This document shows, piece after piece, positions 32,583 through 42,467 of a stretch of 64,000 nucleotides of DNA (position 1 is its first letter; the number at the start of each line of letters is the position of its first letter). The translations under genes were made by a program, and so were the position numbers. The notes under the pieces are model-generated. The model saw nothing but the letters and a program-made list of their open reading frames with translations, had not been told where the DNA came from and made no database searches. Origin of the DNA: Actinomycetes bacterium (lineage in GTDB: Bacteria; Bacillota; Sulfobacillia; Sulfobacillales; JAIMBI01); contig JAIMBI010000006.1 in assembly GCA_023565505.1 (NCBI GenBank), positions 3,885 to 67,884 on the forward strand, in the 5' to 3' direction.

Positions 32583-34208
32583 CTATCGCAAGACCCGCGA
32601 CGAGGTGGGCGCCGCACGGCGGCTTGGCCGGTAGAGGTCGGCCTCGGCGCGCAGGAACAGGGCGTCCATGGTGGTGCCGTCGTGTCCCAGCACGGCGGAT
32701 CCCCAGCGCAGGGCCGGGCGCGAGGGGACGTCGGCCAGGTGTCGGCGGACCGTCCTGATCCACTGCTCGATCCGCGGCCGGTCGGCGTCGGGCACCAGTG
32801 CGGCCAGATCCAGGACGCCGACGCGGCCGAGGAGCGTCGTCGGCGGCGCTTCCCGCACCATGACCCCGGACACGGCGACCAGGGCGTCGTCCGACGGCCA
32901 GCGTCCAAGAGCCTCCTTGGCCCGACGGCCGTCGGCCACGTGGACGAGCACGAACCCCAGCGGTTCTGCGGCGGCCAGCGCCCGGCCGATACGCTTCTCG
33001 CCCCGGACCCAGAGGGTGAACCGGTTGAGCAGCCCGGTGAGGGGGTCTTCCTCCAGCCGGCGGTCGTAGGGCCTGAGGGAGACGGCGAGGTCCAGGGCCA
33101 GGAGGCGGAACACGGAACGGGCCAGCTCGGGGTCGCCGCGCTCGCGCACGGCTTCGTCCAGCAGGTGCAGGAACTGCTGGGCGAGCAGTACGTAGGCGCT
33201 CAGCGGCACATCGTACCGGGTGTTCAGATCGGCCAGTTCTCCCGCCTGTTCCAGCACGTCGTTGGACAAGGTTCCGCCGCATAAGCGCGCCAGATGCTGG
33301 CGGATTTCGTGGAGAAACGGGAGTGACGCGCGGATGCCATGGTCGTCCCCGCGGCCCAGCTGCACCATCCAGTCCGGCACCTGCTGCCAAACACGGTCCA
33401 GCGCCACCAAGATCACGTCCTGGTGGTCCGCGACGCGGTGGAGGTCGCGTTCGCTCAGACGGAGCACCCGTGCGGCGGATTGGACCACGGGATCGGCCAC
33501 GGCCACGATCGCCGGCGGATCCGGTACCGGCACGGTGCTCACCCACGCGTGACCGGGACGTGCCAAGAGGAAGCCCTGCGCATAGCGGATGCCGAGGTGG
33601 CGCAACTCGGTCAGGGTCTCGGCGGTCTCGACCTCTTCGACGATGATCCCGAAGCCCGACCGGGAAGCGGCGTAGACCAGGCCCTCGAGCACGCGCCGGG
33701 CGTAGGCGTCCCGGGCCAACCGCCGCACGACCTCGCCGCTGACCTTGATCCAGTCCGGTTTGAGGCTGACCAGTCGGGAGAGATCCTGCACTCCCGTCCC
33801 GTAGTCGTCCAGCGCGAGCTTGGCGCCGGCCCGCCGGAGCGGCGCCAGCTGCCCCGTCCACGCCTCGGTGAAGTGGACTTCGGCCAGCTCCAACACGACG
33901 CCCTGAAGACTCGTGGGATTCACCCTGAGACGGTCCCCGAGCCACTCCGTCAGCTCCGGCGTGACGTTGACGAACAGGAGGGTGCCGGCCGGGCGCGTCC
34001 GCCCCAGCTCCAGCGCTCGTTCGAACAGCAGGCGGAACACCTGGTCCTGGCGGCGGTGTTGGCGGGCCCACTCCAGAACCGGGGCGAAGCCGTCGTCCTC
34101 ATGCCCGGCAAGACGTCCGAGCGCCTCATAACCGAGCACCTCGCCGGTGAAGATGTCGGCCACGGGTTGAAACAGGCAGGTGAACGCGTGCGGCGACGCT
34201 CGGACCAT
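32583..34208 (-). CDS. EAL phosphodiesterase - globin-like - degenerate GGDEF protein
   Basis: FQP, GYEALGR, FVN, DDYGTG, IKV, EEVET, AQGF; central sensor-globin-like helices; DPLTGLLNR with GVLDL replacing GGDEF. Confidence 0.85.
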   Translation of the reverse strand: MVRASPHAFTCLFQPVADIFTGEVLGYEALGRLAGHEDDGFAPVLEWARQHRRQDQVFRLLFERALELGRTRPAGTLLFVNVTPELTEWLGDRLRVNPTSLQGVVLELAEVHFTEAWTGQLAPLRRAGAKLALDDYGTGVQDLSRLVSLKPDWIKVSGEVVRRLARDAYARRVLEGLVYAASRSGFGIIVEEVETAETLTELRHLGIRYAQGFLLARPGHAWVSTVPVPDPPAIVAVADPVVQSAARVLRLSERDLHRVADHQDVILVALDRVWQQVPDWMVQLGRGDDHGIRASLPFLHEIRQHLARLCGGTLSNDVLEQAGELADLNTRYDVPLSAYVLLAQQFLHLLDEAVRERGDPELARSVFRLLALDLAVSLRPYDRRLEEDPLTGLLNRFTLWVRGEKRIGRALAAAEPLGFVLVHVADGRRAKEALGRWPSDDALVAVSGVMVREAPPTTLLGRVGVLDLAALVPDADRPRIEQWIRTVRRHLADVPSRPALRWGSAVLGHDGTTMDALFLRAEADLYRPSRRAAPTSSRVLR

Positions 34209-34373
34209 CTCCCCCCGGTCCTCCCCAGGGCGTCCCCCGCGGGAACTGTCGAAGATTGTCTCCCGGCAGCGATTCGCGCCGTGTGCGTGGATTCCTCCTT
34301 CTGGAAGATCCCAACCCGGTGCAGCAAGAACCGCCGCCCGACCGGATGTCGGACGGCGGCGAGAAACGGGCGG

Positions 34374-34538
34374 CTAGTTGACGTACCTGTCCGGATCCTG
34401 GTCGAAGCGGCGTTTGCACGCCTCGCAACAGAAATAATACGTGGCCCCGCGGTGTTCGCTCCGCGGGGTGGTCGCTTCGACCACCACGGTCATGTGGCAG
34501 ACCGGATCCTCGACGCGGCTTCCGATCGATTCGGCCAT
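34374..34538 (-). CDS. stand-alone YHS-domain protein (54 aa)
   Basis: DPVCHM.V...YYFCCEACKRRF..DP.RY; GGGAGG RBS. Confidence 0.85.
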   Translation of the reverse strand: MAESIGSRVEDPVCHMTVVVEATTPRSEHRGATYYFCCEACKRRFDQDPDRYVN

Positions 34539-34585
34539 TGAAGACCCTCCCTTGTCCCTAAGGACCGCCCGGCGCTCGACCGCTG

Positions 34586-34948
34586 TCAGACGGCGTCGGG
34601 CAGGAACCGCTCGGGATTGTGCTTGACTTCTTCCCGGCACGCCGGGTGACAGAAGTCGTAGAGGTTCCGTCGTAGGGATGTGCCGGCGGCCTCGGCGACA
34701 GGAATCGTCATGCCGCAGACCGGGTCGACCGCTTCTTTCGCCCCGCCGTCGGTCGCCCTGTGGTCGACGACGGCCGCGTAGCGGTCCGGGTCGGCCCGGA
34801 AGGCCGCCAGACAGGCTGGCGCGCAGAAGTGGTAGGTCACGCCGGCGTGCGTCCAGGAGCCGACCGCCCCCGCGACCGGCACCGTCATCCCGCACACGGG
34901 ATCGACGGCCTCGGCGGTGTGGTCGCCCGTCTCACCGGCTGCCGCCAT
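34586..34948 (-). CDS. tandem YHS-domain ORF (possibly the frameshifted C-terminus of copA)
   Basis: Two DPVCGM...FC..AC...P.R(Y/F) repeats. Confidence 0.65.
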   Translation of the reverse strand: MAAAGETGDHTAEAVDPVCGMTVPVAGAVGSWTHAGVTYHFCAPACLAAFRADPDRYAAVVDHRATDGGAKEAVDPVCGMTIPVAEAAGTSLRRNLYDFCHPACREEVKHNPERFLPDAV

Positions 34949-34959
34949 GTCGGCGTCGG

Positions 34960-36181
34960 CGGCCTGGAGTGTCCCCCCTCCTCGGTCCGCGTCAGGCCGG
35001 CGTAGGGATCCACGCGCCGGAGCAGGGGCGAGTTGCCCGTCACGAGGACCGAGGACAGCGCCATCGCGGCTCCCGACAGCACCGGGGCGAGGAGGCCCAC
35101 GGCGGCGAAGGGGACCAACACGACGTGGTAGAGAAACGCCCAGGCGAGGTTCTGCCGGATCTTTCCGAGCGTGCGCCGGTTCAGGCGGAGGGGACCGCCG
35201 CAACGCCGCGCGGGTCGCCGTTCATGAGCGTGATCCCGGCCGTGGCCACGGCGCCATCCGTGCCGGTGCCCAGGGCGATGCCCACGCCCGCGGTGGCAAG
35301 CGCCGGGGCGTCGTTGATCCCGTGGCCGACCATGGCCACGCGGTGCCCCGCGGCCTGCAGGGACCGGATGACGCCGGCCTGGTCGCCCGGGAGCACGTCC
35401 GCGATGACATTGGCGGGGCCGATGCCGACGGTGCGCGCGACGGCTTCGGCCACGGGCCGGGCGTCACCTGTGAGGAGATAGACGGTGATCCCGTCCCGGC
35501 AGAGTGCCGCGACGGCCTCGGGCGCGGTGTCCTTGACCGGATCGGTCAGGACCACAACACCAACCAGAGTGCCGTCGGCGGCGACGCCGACGGACGTCTC
35601 TGCCTGGGATCCGCCGGTCGGCTCCGACCTGGGGACCGAGAGAGCGGCCTCGGCCAGGGCTCGGGCGCTCACGATCTGGACGATGTGTCCCTCCACCCGG
35701 GCGCGCACGCCGCGGCCCGGATCCGCTTCGAACGTCTCCACCGAGGGCGGGGCCAGTCCGTGCATCCGGGCATGGGCGACGATGGCCCGGCCGATGGGAT
35801 GCTCTCCAGGAAGGTGCCGGCGACCGGTTCCCAACGGGCTTTGACCACGCCCGGGATGCCCCGGATGCGCTCGGCGATCGCCGGTGCCGCGGCGGCGTCG
35901 GGGATCGATGCCAGCCGGAGCGCGATGGTGTCCGTGACGACCCGGCAACCGATGTCCGCGATGGTCTCCAGGAGGTCGTCCAGCCGCACCTCATGCGGAT
36001 CGACGGTGAGGCGGGCCTTTTCCGTGCCGAAGTTGACCCGGGCTTCGCGAACCCCCGCCAAGTCCGCCACGCCCTTTTCGATCCGCAGCGCGCACGTCGC
36101 GCAGGTCATCCCGGTGATCCCGACCTGAAGCTCGACCAAGCCGTCGGTGGTCCGTTCCACCGCGTTGCTGTTGCCAGCCAC
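34960..36181 (-). pseudogene. copA: copper-translocating P1B-ATPase, internally deleted and frameshifted
   Basis: HMA GMTCATC; then EHPIGRAI, LLTGD, GHGINDAPAL (GDGIND mutated), IRQNLAWAF, AAMALSS in different frames; no TGE, CPC or DKTGT. Confidence 0.88.
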
Positions 36182-36221
36182 CGTGAGTCGTCCTCGTGAA
36201 TCCGGCCCGAGGCCGGCTGCA

Positions 36222-36587
36222 TCAGGACGCGGGGTGGTCCGGTCCGCCCCGGTCGGCCGGCAGCCCGTGGTGGCTGCACAGACCGTGTTCGGTGCCGCCG
36301 CCGTCGCCGTCGGCGGCGAGGCCCTTGGTGTAACGGAGGGCGGTGACCAACTCCTCGATGAGCGACTCGCCGGAGCCGCGGAGGATGGCCTCGGTCACGC
36401 AGGTCGACAGGTGGTTCTTCAGCAGGACCTGTTGGACCGACTCAAGGTTAGCCTGCACCGCCGCCAATTGTTTCATGATGTCGATGCAGTACTGTTCCTC
36501 GGCCACCATGCGCTCCACCGCCTTGAGATGGCCGACGGCGACGCGGAGCCGGTGGGCCGCGTCGGTCTTGTACTGCGGCAGGAGCAT
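36222..36587 (-). CDS. csoR: CsoR-family copper-sensing repressor
   Basis: RL....GHL..V.RM, YC.DI..Q..AV, HLSTCV (Cys-His-Cys); upstream of copA. Confidence 0.9.
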   Translation of the reverse strand: MLLPQYKTDAAHRLRVAVGHLKAVERMVAEEQYCIDIMKQLAAVQANLESVQQVLLKNHLSTCVTEAILRGSGESLIEELVTALRYTKGLAADGDGGGTEHGLCSHHGLPADRGGPDHPAS

Positions 36588-36677
36588 CAAAATCCCCTCC
36601 CCCCGGGGTGGACCACGACAACAACGTAATCCCACCGCCCGCGCGCGTCAACACCGGAGCCGGTGCCGGCAAGGCGA

Positions 36678-38078
36678 TCAGTCGGCCGGGTTGCGCTGCG
36701 GGGCTCGGGCCTCCCGAGCCGGTCCGCCTCGGACTTGACGTCCCGGGCGCCGCCACGGCGGGGCCAGAGGGGGCGGCGGACTGTCCTCCAGGGCGGCGCC
36801 CGGGGTGACGGGTACCCAGGGGGATTTCTGCACGCGGACCCGTTGGCTCGGATAGACACTGTGATGACCGATCATGATGAAGGCCGGCACGACGGCGAGC
36901 AGAACCGGAAGGCCCAGGCGGGCCCCGAAGATCTCCATGCCCATGAGGATCGCCGCGATGGGTGCGTTGGCGCCGGCCGCGGTGACGGCCATCATGGCGA
37001 CCGCCGCGGCGTCGCCGGCCGGCAGCCCCAGCGGACGGGCGAGGGTGGCGCCGAGGGTGGCTCCGATGACGAACAGCGGGGTGATGATCCCGCCGCTCAT
37101 GCCGAATCCCAGAGTGACCGCGACACAGACGATCTTCCACCACCACATCCACGGGTTGACGGACAGACCGGCCAGGGCCCGGTTCAGGAGCCCCAGCGAC
37201 AGCCCCCCCGGCGCGCGTCCGACCAGGACGAACAGCCCGAACAGGATGAGGCCGGCGAGGGCCGGCAGCAGCGGCGGCCACCATCCCCGCCGCCGCAGAA
37301 GGCGCTCCGCGACGCGGTGGACGTTTTCGAGGAGCAGCACCAGGATATACGCCGCCAGGCCGGCCGCGGTGCCGAGGGCGACCAGGCGTCCGGCCAGGGC
37401 CATGCCGGTGGGGAAGGGGTGGAAGGACAGGGGGACGAGCTCACGGGGGTAAGACCAGGTCATCCCCAGGGCCTGGGCGCTTTCATAGGCCGTGAACGAC
37501 GCGGCCAAGGACGGGAGCAGCATCTCGTACCACAGGTCCCCGATGGCGAGGACCTCAATGCCGAGGATGGCCCCGGCCACCGGTGTGCCGAACACGGCGG
37601 CGAACCCGGCTCCAATGCCGCAGATGACAATGCGGCGCCGCTGCTCGGGGTGGAGGCGGAGGATGTCGGCCACCGCCGAGGCGACCGCCGCCCCGATTTG
37701 GGCCGACGGGCCCTCCTTGCCCGCTGATCCGCCGGCGGCGATCGTCGTGATCGTCGCCACGGCTTTGACCGGCGCCACCCTCCAGTTGATTTGCCCCGCC
37801 CGGCGGTGGACGGCCCGGATCACGGCCTCGGTGCCGTGCCCGGCGGCATCGGGCGCCCCGTAGTGAATCAGGAGCCCGGTCAGGAGTCCCCCGCCCGGCA
37901 AGGCGGCGGCCAGCGCCCAGAGCGGCCATCCGGCCGTCAACCGGACGGCCCCGAACAGCAGGTCCAGGAAGGCCGTGACGACGACGCCGACCAATGCCCC
38001 GGTGAGCGCTCCGAGCAGCATCCAGGAGACGAGGTGGCGGCCCATGTAGACCGGTTCCCAGAGGTGATGCCACCGCAC
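36678..38078 (-). CDS. CLC-family anion channel/transporter
   Basis: GHGTE, GGSAGKEGP, AGFAAVFGTP, GGIITP.F, ANAPIAA, VYPSQ. Confidence 0.9.
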   Translation of the reverse strand: MRWHHLWEPVYMGRHLVSWMLLGALTGALVGVVVTAFLDLLFGAVRLTAGWPLWALAAALPGGGLLTGLLIHYGAPDAAGHGTEAVIRAVHRRAGQINWRVAPVKAVATITTIAAGGSAGKEGPSAQIGAAVASAVADILRLHPEQRRRIVICGIGAGFAAVFGTPVAGAILGIEVLAIGDLWYEMLLPSLAASFTAYESAQALGMTWSYPRELVPLSFHPFPTGMALAGRLVALGTAAGLAAYILVLLLENVHRVAERLLRRRGWWPPLLPALAGLILFGLFVLVGRAPGGLSLGLLNRALAGLSVNPWMWWWKIVCVAVTLGFGMSGGIITPLFVIGATLGATLARPLGLPAGDAAAVAMMAVTAAGANAPIAAILMGMEIFGARLGLPVLLAVVPAFIMIGHHSVYPSQRVRVQKSPWVPVTPGAALEDSPPPPLAPPWRRPGRQVRGGPAREARAPQRNPAD

Positions 38079-38338
38079 CGCTCATCCCCCTTACGGTCGG
38101 TTGTGGCCCGCCGGTGCGCCCGGTGCGGGCCTGACGGCGAGCAACGGCCCCGCTTGACACGCTTAGACGTCCTTCCCCATTGTCGGGCACGTGGGGCGGC
38201 GGGGCAACCGGCCGGGAGGGACCTGGCCGGGGCTGCCCGACAGCCAAAGGGAAGGCGGCGAAGGCCGGCGTCCGATTCGGCCAGGCCTTGGGCTAGGCCG
38301 GAACGCGGGCCGGCCCGACCGGATCGCGCGAGGGCCGG

Positions 38339-40387
38339 TCAGCGGAGGAAGGCGACGGCCAGCGCGGCCAGGATGCCGCCGACGACGAGAAGCAGGTAGG
38401 TGCCCACCTGTCCGGACTGCACCCGGCGGACGTGCGCCCCGATCCAGCGGGCCGCCGCCAGGAGCGGAAGATAGATATGCTCTTCGACGCGCCAGACGAT
38501 GGTATGGCGGTAGAAGTGAGTGTCGGCCCGCTCCACCCGCTCGCGCTCGAGCCCGTAGAAGGCGGCGAAGGCAAGGCGGATCGGATGGACGAATCCTTCG
38601 GCCGAGAAGCTGGTGCGGGGCCGGTACGATTCCGCTCCGCCGGTCCAGGGGGCCACGAAACGGACGGGATGCCTCCGGTTTCGGGCCCGCACCCCGCCGA
38701 CGAGGAGGACGAGGATGCCCGCCACGACCGTCAGGACGTAGGGATCGCCGACGGAGAATCCCTGGGGGAACAAGATCGTGCCGACCGTTCCAGGGGCTGG
38801 AACCAGATTGGCACCGATGTCCACCAGCGGCTGGACCGCCTGGGGATGGGTGAACGTCGGGGCGAACACGGTGGCGGGGGTGGTCAGGAACGGCCGGAGG
38901 GTTCGGTTGAGCCACGGCAGGAACCACGGCACGGCCGGGCCGGTCAGCACGGGCAGGATCGCCGCGAGCCCCATGGCCCAGGCCCATGCGGGGGGCAAAT
39001 CATGCACCGCGTCGTCCGGCGGGACGTGCTCGGGGCCCAGGTAGATGAACCCGTACCAACGCAGATAGCTGGCGACGCCCAGGCCCACGGCCAGGGCAAG
39101 GCCGCCCCCGGCTGCCAGGAGGGCGAGGTGGGCGGCCTCCTGGCCGGCCGTCGGCCCCAGCGGCTTGAGGAGGGACTCGAGGAGGAGCCACTCGCCGACG
39201 TAGCCGCCGAGCGGCGGAAAGCCCGCGAGCGCGAGCACCGCGACCAGGGCCCAGCGACCGGCCCGTGGGGTCCGGCGGAGCAGGCCGCCCAGCCGATCCA
39301 GCGTCTGGCCGTAGCGCCCCAGCCCGTCCGTGGCGGCAAAGGCCAGGAACTTGGCGCCGGCGTGCATAGCCAGGAGCACCACGGCTCCGTCCAGCGCCAA
39401 GGTTCCGGCGATGCTGCCCGGACTGACCCGGGACGCGATCTGCCAGATGCCGAGAGCAGCAAAGACCAGACCCAACACTTCAAGCGTGGAGTAGGCTAGG
39501 ACCGCTTTGGCCCGGCGGGCCATGACGCTGTACAGCGCGCCGGTCAGCGCGCCCAGCACGCCCAGCACCACCAACGTGATCCCCCACCCCATACCGGGAT
39601 GGGTCAGCCGATCCAGCGCGAGGATCCCGCTCACCGCGAGTGGGGGCAGCAACCCGGAAAACATGCCGGCGACGACGCCTGGCGCCTCGGGTTCGGCCAG
39701 CGGCATCCAGATCATGACCGGGAACAGGCCGGCCTTGACGCCGAACGCCACCAGGCCCAGCACCATGATGACCGTCCCGTCGGCGAGCCGGTGCGGGAGG
39801 TGCGCTGTGACGAAGGCATCGTGGAGGCGAAGGCCGGTGGGGGCGGTCAGCGCGGACAGCCACGCCACGGCCAGGAGCAGCATCATCCCGCCGGCCTCGG
39901 ACAGCGCCAGCAGCACCCAGCCGGTCTGCCAGACCGACCGGCCGCGACGGCTGGTGACCAGCCCGAGGTAGGTGACGGCGGAGACGAACTCCCAGGCCAT
40001 GACCAGCAAGAAACCGTCTCCGCTCCACAGGTAGATCCCGACGCCGGCTTCCAGCGGGAGCAGCGCATAGAGGATCTGGCGCCGCCGACGCTGACCGGCG
40101 GTGCCCAAGGCGGCGGCGGCGAACAACAGTCCCGCGGCCGTGGACCACAGCGGCGCCAGGGGCAACGGGCGCAGGGCCAGCGTCGGCCATGGGGCCGGCA
40201 GGGCCAGCGTGGCGTCTGTCCCCGGGGTGCCGAGAGCCGGAGTCATGAGGAAAAAACCGCCGGCACCCACCAGGAGGGCGGCGACAAGCCAGCCGGTCGC
40301 GCGGCCTCGCCGTTCAGCCAGCCCGGCCGCCGACAGTCCTCCCGCACCCAGAGCGATCCAGAAAATCACCCAGCCCCACGGGCTCAT
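38339..40387 (-). CDS. hyfB: Ehr/Hyf antiporter-like membrane subunit (HyfB-like)
   Basis: AWE, FGVKAGLFP..WMP.A.PEAP, LAYST.E, H...K, FPPLGG..GEW; ATGA overlap with small subunit. Confidence 0.85.
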   Translation of the reverse strand: MSPWGWVIFWIALGAGGLSAAGLAERRGRATGWLVAALLVGAGGFFLMTPALGTPGTDATLALPAPWPTLALRPLPLAPLWSTAAGLLFAAAALGTAGQRRRRQILYALLPLEAGVGIYLWSGDGFLLVMAWEFVSAVTYLGLVTSRRGRSVWQTGWVLLALSEAGGMMLLLAVAWLSALTAPTGLRLHDAFVTAHLPHRLADGTVIMVLGLVAFGVKAGLFPVMIWMPLAEPEAPGVVAGMFSGLLPPLAVSGILALDRLTHPGMGWGITLVVLGVLGALTGALYSVMARRAKAVLAYSTLEVLGLVFAALGIWQIASRVSPGSIAGTLALDGAVVLLAMHAGAKFLAFAATDGLGRYGQTLDRLGGLLRRTPRAGRWALVAVLALAGFPPLGGYVGEWLLLESLLKPLGPTAGQEAAHLALLAAGGGLALAVGLGVASYLRWYGFIYLGPEHVPPDDAVHDLPPAWAWAMGLAAILPVLTGPAVPWFLPWLNRTLRPFLTTPATVFAPTFTHPQAVQPLVDIGANLVPAPGTVGTILFPQGFSVGDPYVLTVVAGILVLLVGGVRARNRRHPVRFVAPWTGGAESYRPRTSFSAEGFVHPIRLAFAAFYGLERERVERADTHFYRHTIVWRVEEHIYLPLLAAARWIGAHVRRVQSGQVGTYLLLVVGGILAALAVAFLR

Positions 40388-40944
40388 TGCTTCGGCACCT
40401 CCACCGCCAGGGGATCCCAGCCGTCTACGGCCTGGAGAAGCCCGCGCAGGATGTCGGCGGGCGTCGGCGGGCACCCGGCGATCCTCACGGTGACCGGAAG
40501 GATCGGGTCCAGACTCCCGAGGACCCCCGGTGCGCCCGCGAAGACCCCGCCGCCGGCGGCACAGGCGCCCACCGCCACGACCGCCTTGGGATGGGGCAGG
40601 GCCTCGTAGACCGCGCGGATGACCGGCGCCATGGCCGCGGTGACGACGCCGGTCACGACCAGGACATCCGCGTGTCGCGGCGAGGGTGTGTAGGAGAAGC
40701 CGTAGCGGCTGAAGTCGTAATCGGGGCCGGCGAGCAGCGCCAACTCCGATTCGCAGCCGTTGCAGGATCCGCCGTCGACGTGACGGAGGGCCAGCGAACG
40801 GCGCAGGGCGGGAGACGGCGGCGGCCCGACGGCAATGACGGCTTCGGCGTGGGTCATCGCGCCCACGGAAGGGTCCGGCTCGGTGGGGAACCCCGTGGTC
40901 GCGGGTCGGTGCAGCAAGTGGCGCACCCAATGCCAGTAATACAC
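40384..40944 (-). CDS. Ehr small subunit (NuoB/HycG-like, 4Fe-4S)
   Basis: GSCNGCE.E, SPRHAD, GACA, GCPP. Confidence 0.92.
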   Translation of the reverse strand: MYYWHWVRHLLHRPATTGFPTEPDPSVGAMTHAEAVIAVGPPPSPALRRSLALRHVDGGSCNGCESELALLAGPDYDFSRYGFSYTPSPRHADVLVVTGVVTAAMAPVIRAVYEALPHPKAVVAVGACAAGGGVFAGAPGVLGSLDPILPVTVRIAGCPPTPADILRGLLQAVDGWDPLAVEVPKQ

Positions 40945-40990
40945 GCGGCATGCCTCCTCCCGTCGTCGGACGTCCGGCCCGGACGGGTCG

Positions 40991-42403
40991 TCATCCGTCC
41001 CAGCCGGCGGCCGACAAGGCGAAGCTGGCGTCGATGATGGGGAAGTCCTGAAGGATGTTGTGGTTGGCCATGGCAGGCGGCACCGCGGGCCAGTTCCGGG
41101 CCGAGGGGGTGGCGACGCCGACATGGCGCACCACGGGCGGAGAACCGGCCAGGACGACCCGCGTGGCCAGGAGGCCCCGGGGGGCCTCCACCACTCCGAT
41201 GCCTTCCGCTCCGTCGGCGGCGTCCACGGCGACGGGGGACGGTGCTCCCCGGGGCTCCCAGACGGCCAGCAACGCGTCCAGTAGGGCCAGCGAGCGCTCC
41301 AACTCGGCCACCTTGACGCGGAACCGCGCCTCGGCGTCGCCCGTCGCGGCCCGTGCCGGCTCTACGGTCCATCGGGCATAAGCCGCGTAGGGTCTTTGGG
41401 TCCGGACGTCGAGCGCGCGGCCCGAGGCGCGTCCCACCGGACCCACGGGGCGCACCGCCTCCAGGTCGGGGGCGGGAATCCGTCCGGCGCCGACCAGACG
41501 GTCGAGGAAGGACGACGTGAGCGACAGGTCGCGGGCGATGCGCGACGCCTCTTCCCGCACGCGCCGGACGGTCGCCGAGGCGGCCCGGAGTCGGCTCCGG
41601 TCGGGAGGGTCGGCCAGCTTGAGCCCCCTCGGCCGCACCACCCCGCGGAGGTAGCGATGACCGACCAGATCGTGGTTGAGGCGGAGGATCCCCTCCCGAA
41701 GGTGCAGGTACTCCATCTGCGGCACCGGAAGCCCCGTCGACACCGCCAGGGCGGCGAGGTCCCCGAGATGGCTGTGGACCCGCTCCAGCTCGGCGACGAC
41801 GCTTCGGCCCACCGGATCTTCGTCGGCGAGACCGAGGGCGTCCTCGACGGCCAGCGCGAACGCCAGGGCGTGGGCCACGGTCGAGGTGCCCGTCCAGCGT
41901 TCGAGGACGTCCGCGGCCTCCTCGAGTCGGCGGCCACGGGACCAGTCGGCCACCCCGCGGAATTTGAAGCCGGGTCGCAGGTCCAGGCGGAGAATCTCGT
42001 CGCCCATCACGGCCAGGTTGTAGCCGAGCGACTCGGCGACGTCCGCCCGGACGGGGCCGAGCGGGAACGTGAAGACCCCCTTGCCGCGGACAGACGGTGC
42101 GGCGGGTGCAGGCGGATCCCAGCGGACCTGGCCCGAACGGCCGAGCCGGCGCTCGGCGGTTTCCACCTCGCGGATACCGTGCGCGGACGGCGACGCCAGT
42201 ACGGTCGCCGCCCCCTCCGCACGCGGGACTGCGAGCCGGGTCAGACCTCCGTCCGGCTCCAGGAACACGGCGACCACCGCGCGGTCGTCCGCGTCCAGGA
42301 GCACAAGCTCCGACGACGCCCGCCGCGCTTCCAGAGCCGGGATCCACCGTTCCGGCGCGACGTGAAGGGTGGCGGCGGGCTTTGCCCGTGTGGTGGTGGA
42401 CAT
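40991..42403 (-). CDS. Ehr large subunit (NuoC/D, HycE-like) lacking NiFe-binding CxxC motifs
   Basis: GPV.A...E, FKFRG, ERWTGTSTVAH in place of RxCxxC, ELERVHSH, EAPRG, TPS..NW, DFPIIDASFALS in place of DPCxxC. Confidence 0.9.
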   Translation of the reverse strand: MSTTTRAKPAATLHVAPERWIPALEARRASSELVLLDADDRAVVAVFLEPDGGLTRLAVPRAEGAATVLASPSAHGIREVETAERRLGRSGQVRWDPPAPAAPSVRGKGVFTFPLGPVRADVAESLGYNLAVMGDEILRLDLRPGFKFRGVADWSRGRRLEEAADVLERWTGTSTVAHALAFALAVEDALGLADEDPVGRSVVAELERVHSHLGDLAALAVSTGLPVPQMEYLHLREGILRLNHDLVGHRYLRGVVRPRGLKLADPPDRSRLRAASATVRRVREEASRIARDLSLTSSFLDRLVGAGRIPAPDLEAVRPVGPVGRASGRALDVRTQRPYAAYARWTVEPARAATGDAEARFRVKVAELERSLALLDALLAVWEPRGAPSPVAVDAADGAEGIGVVEAPRGLLATRVVLAGSPPVVRHVGVATPSARNWPAVPPAMANHNILQDFPIIDASFALSAAGWDG

Positions 42404-42467
42404 GCGAATCCCCCTCTTACGCGACATCGGCCGCTCGCTTGCCGCGGACGCGGTCCGGGCGGCCGGT

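Noticed and set aside
36592-36613. CsoR operator upstream of csoR
   Set aside because: A C-tract/G-tract is present but the flanking ATA/TAT arms are degenerate; too weak to call.
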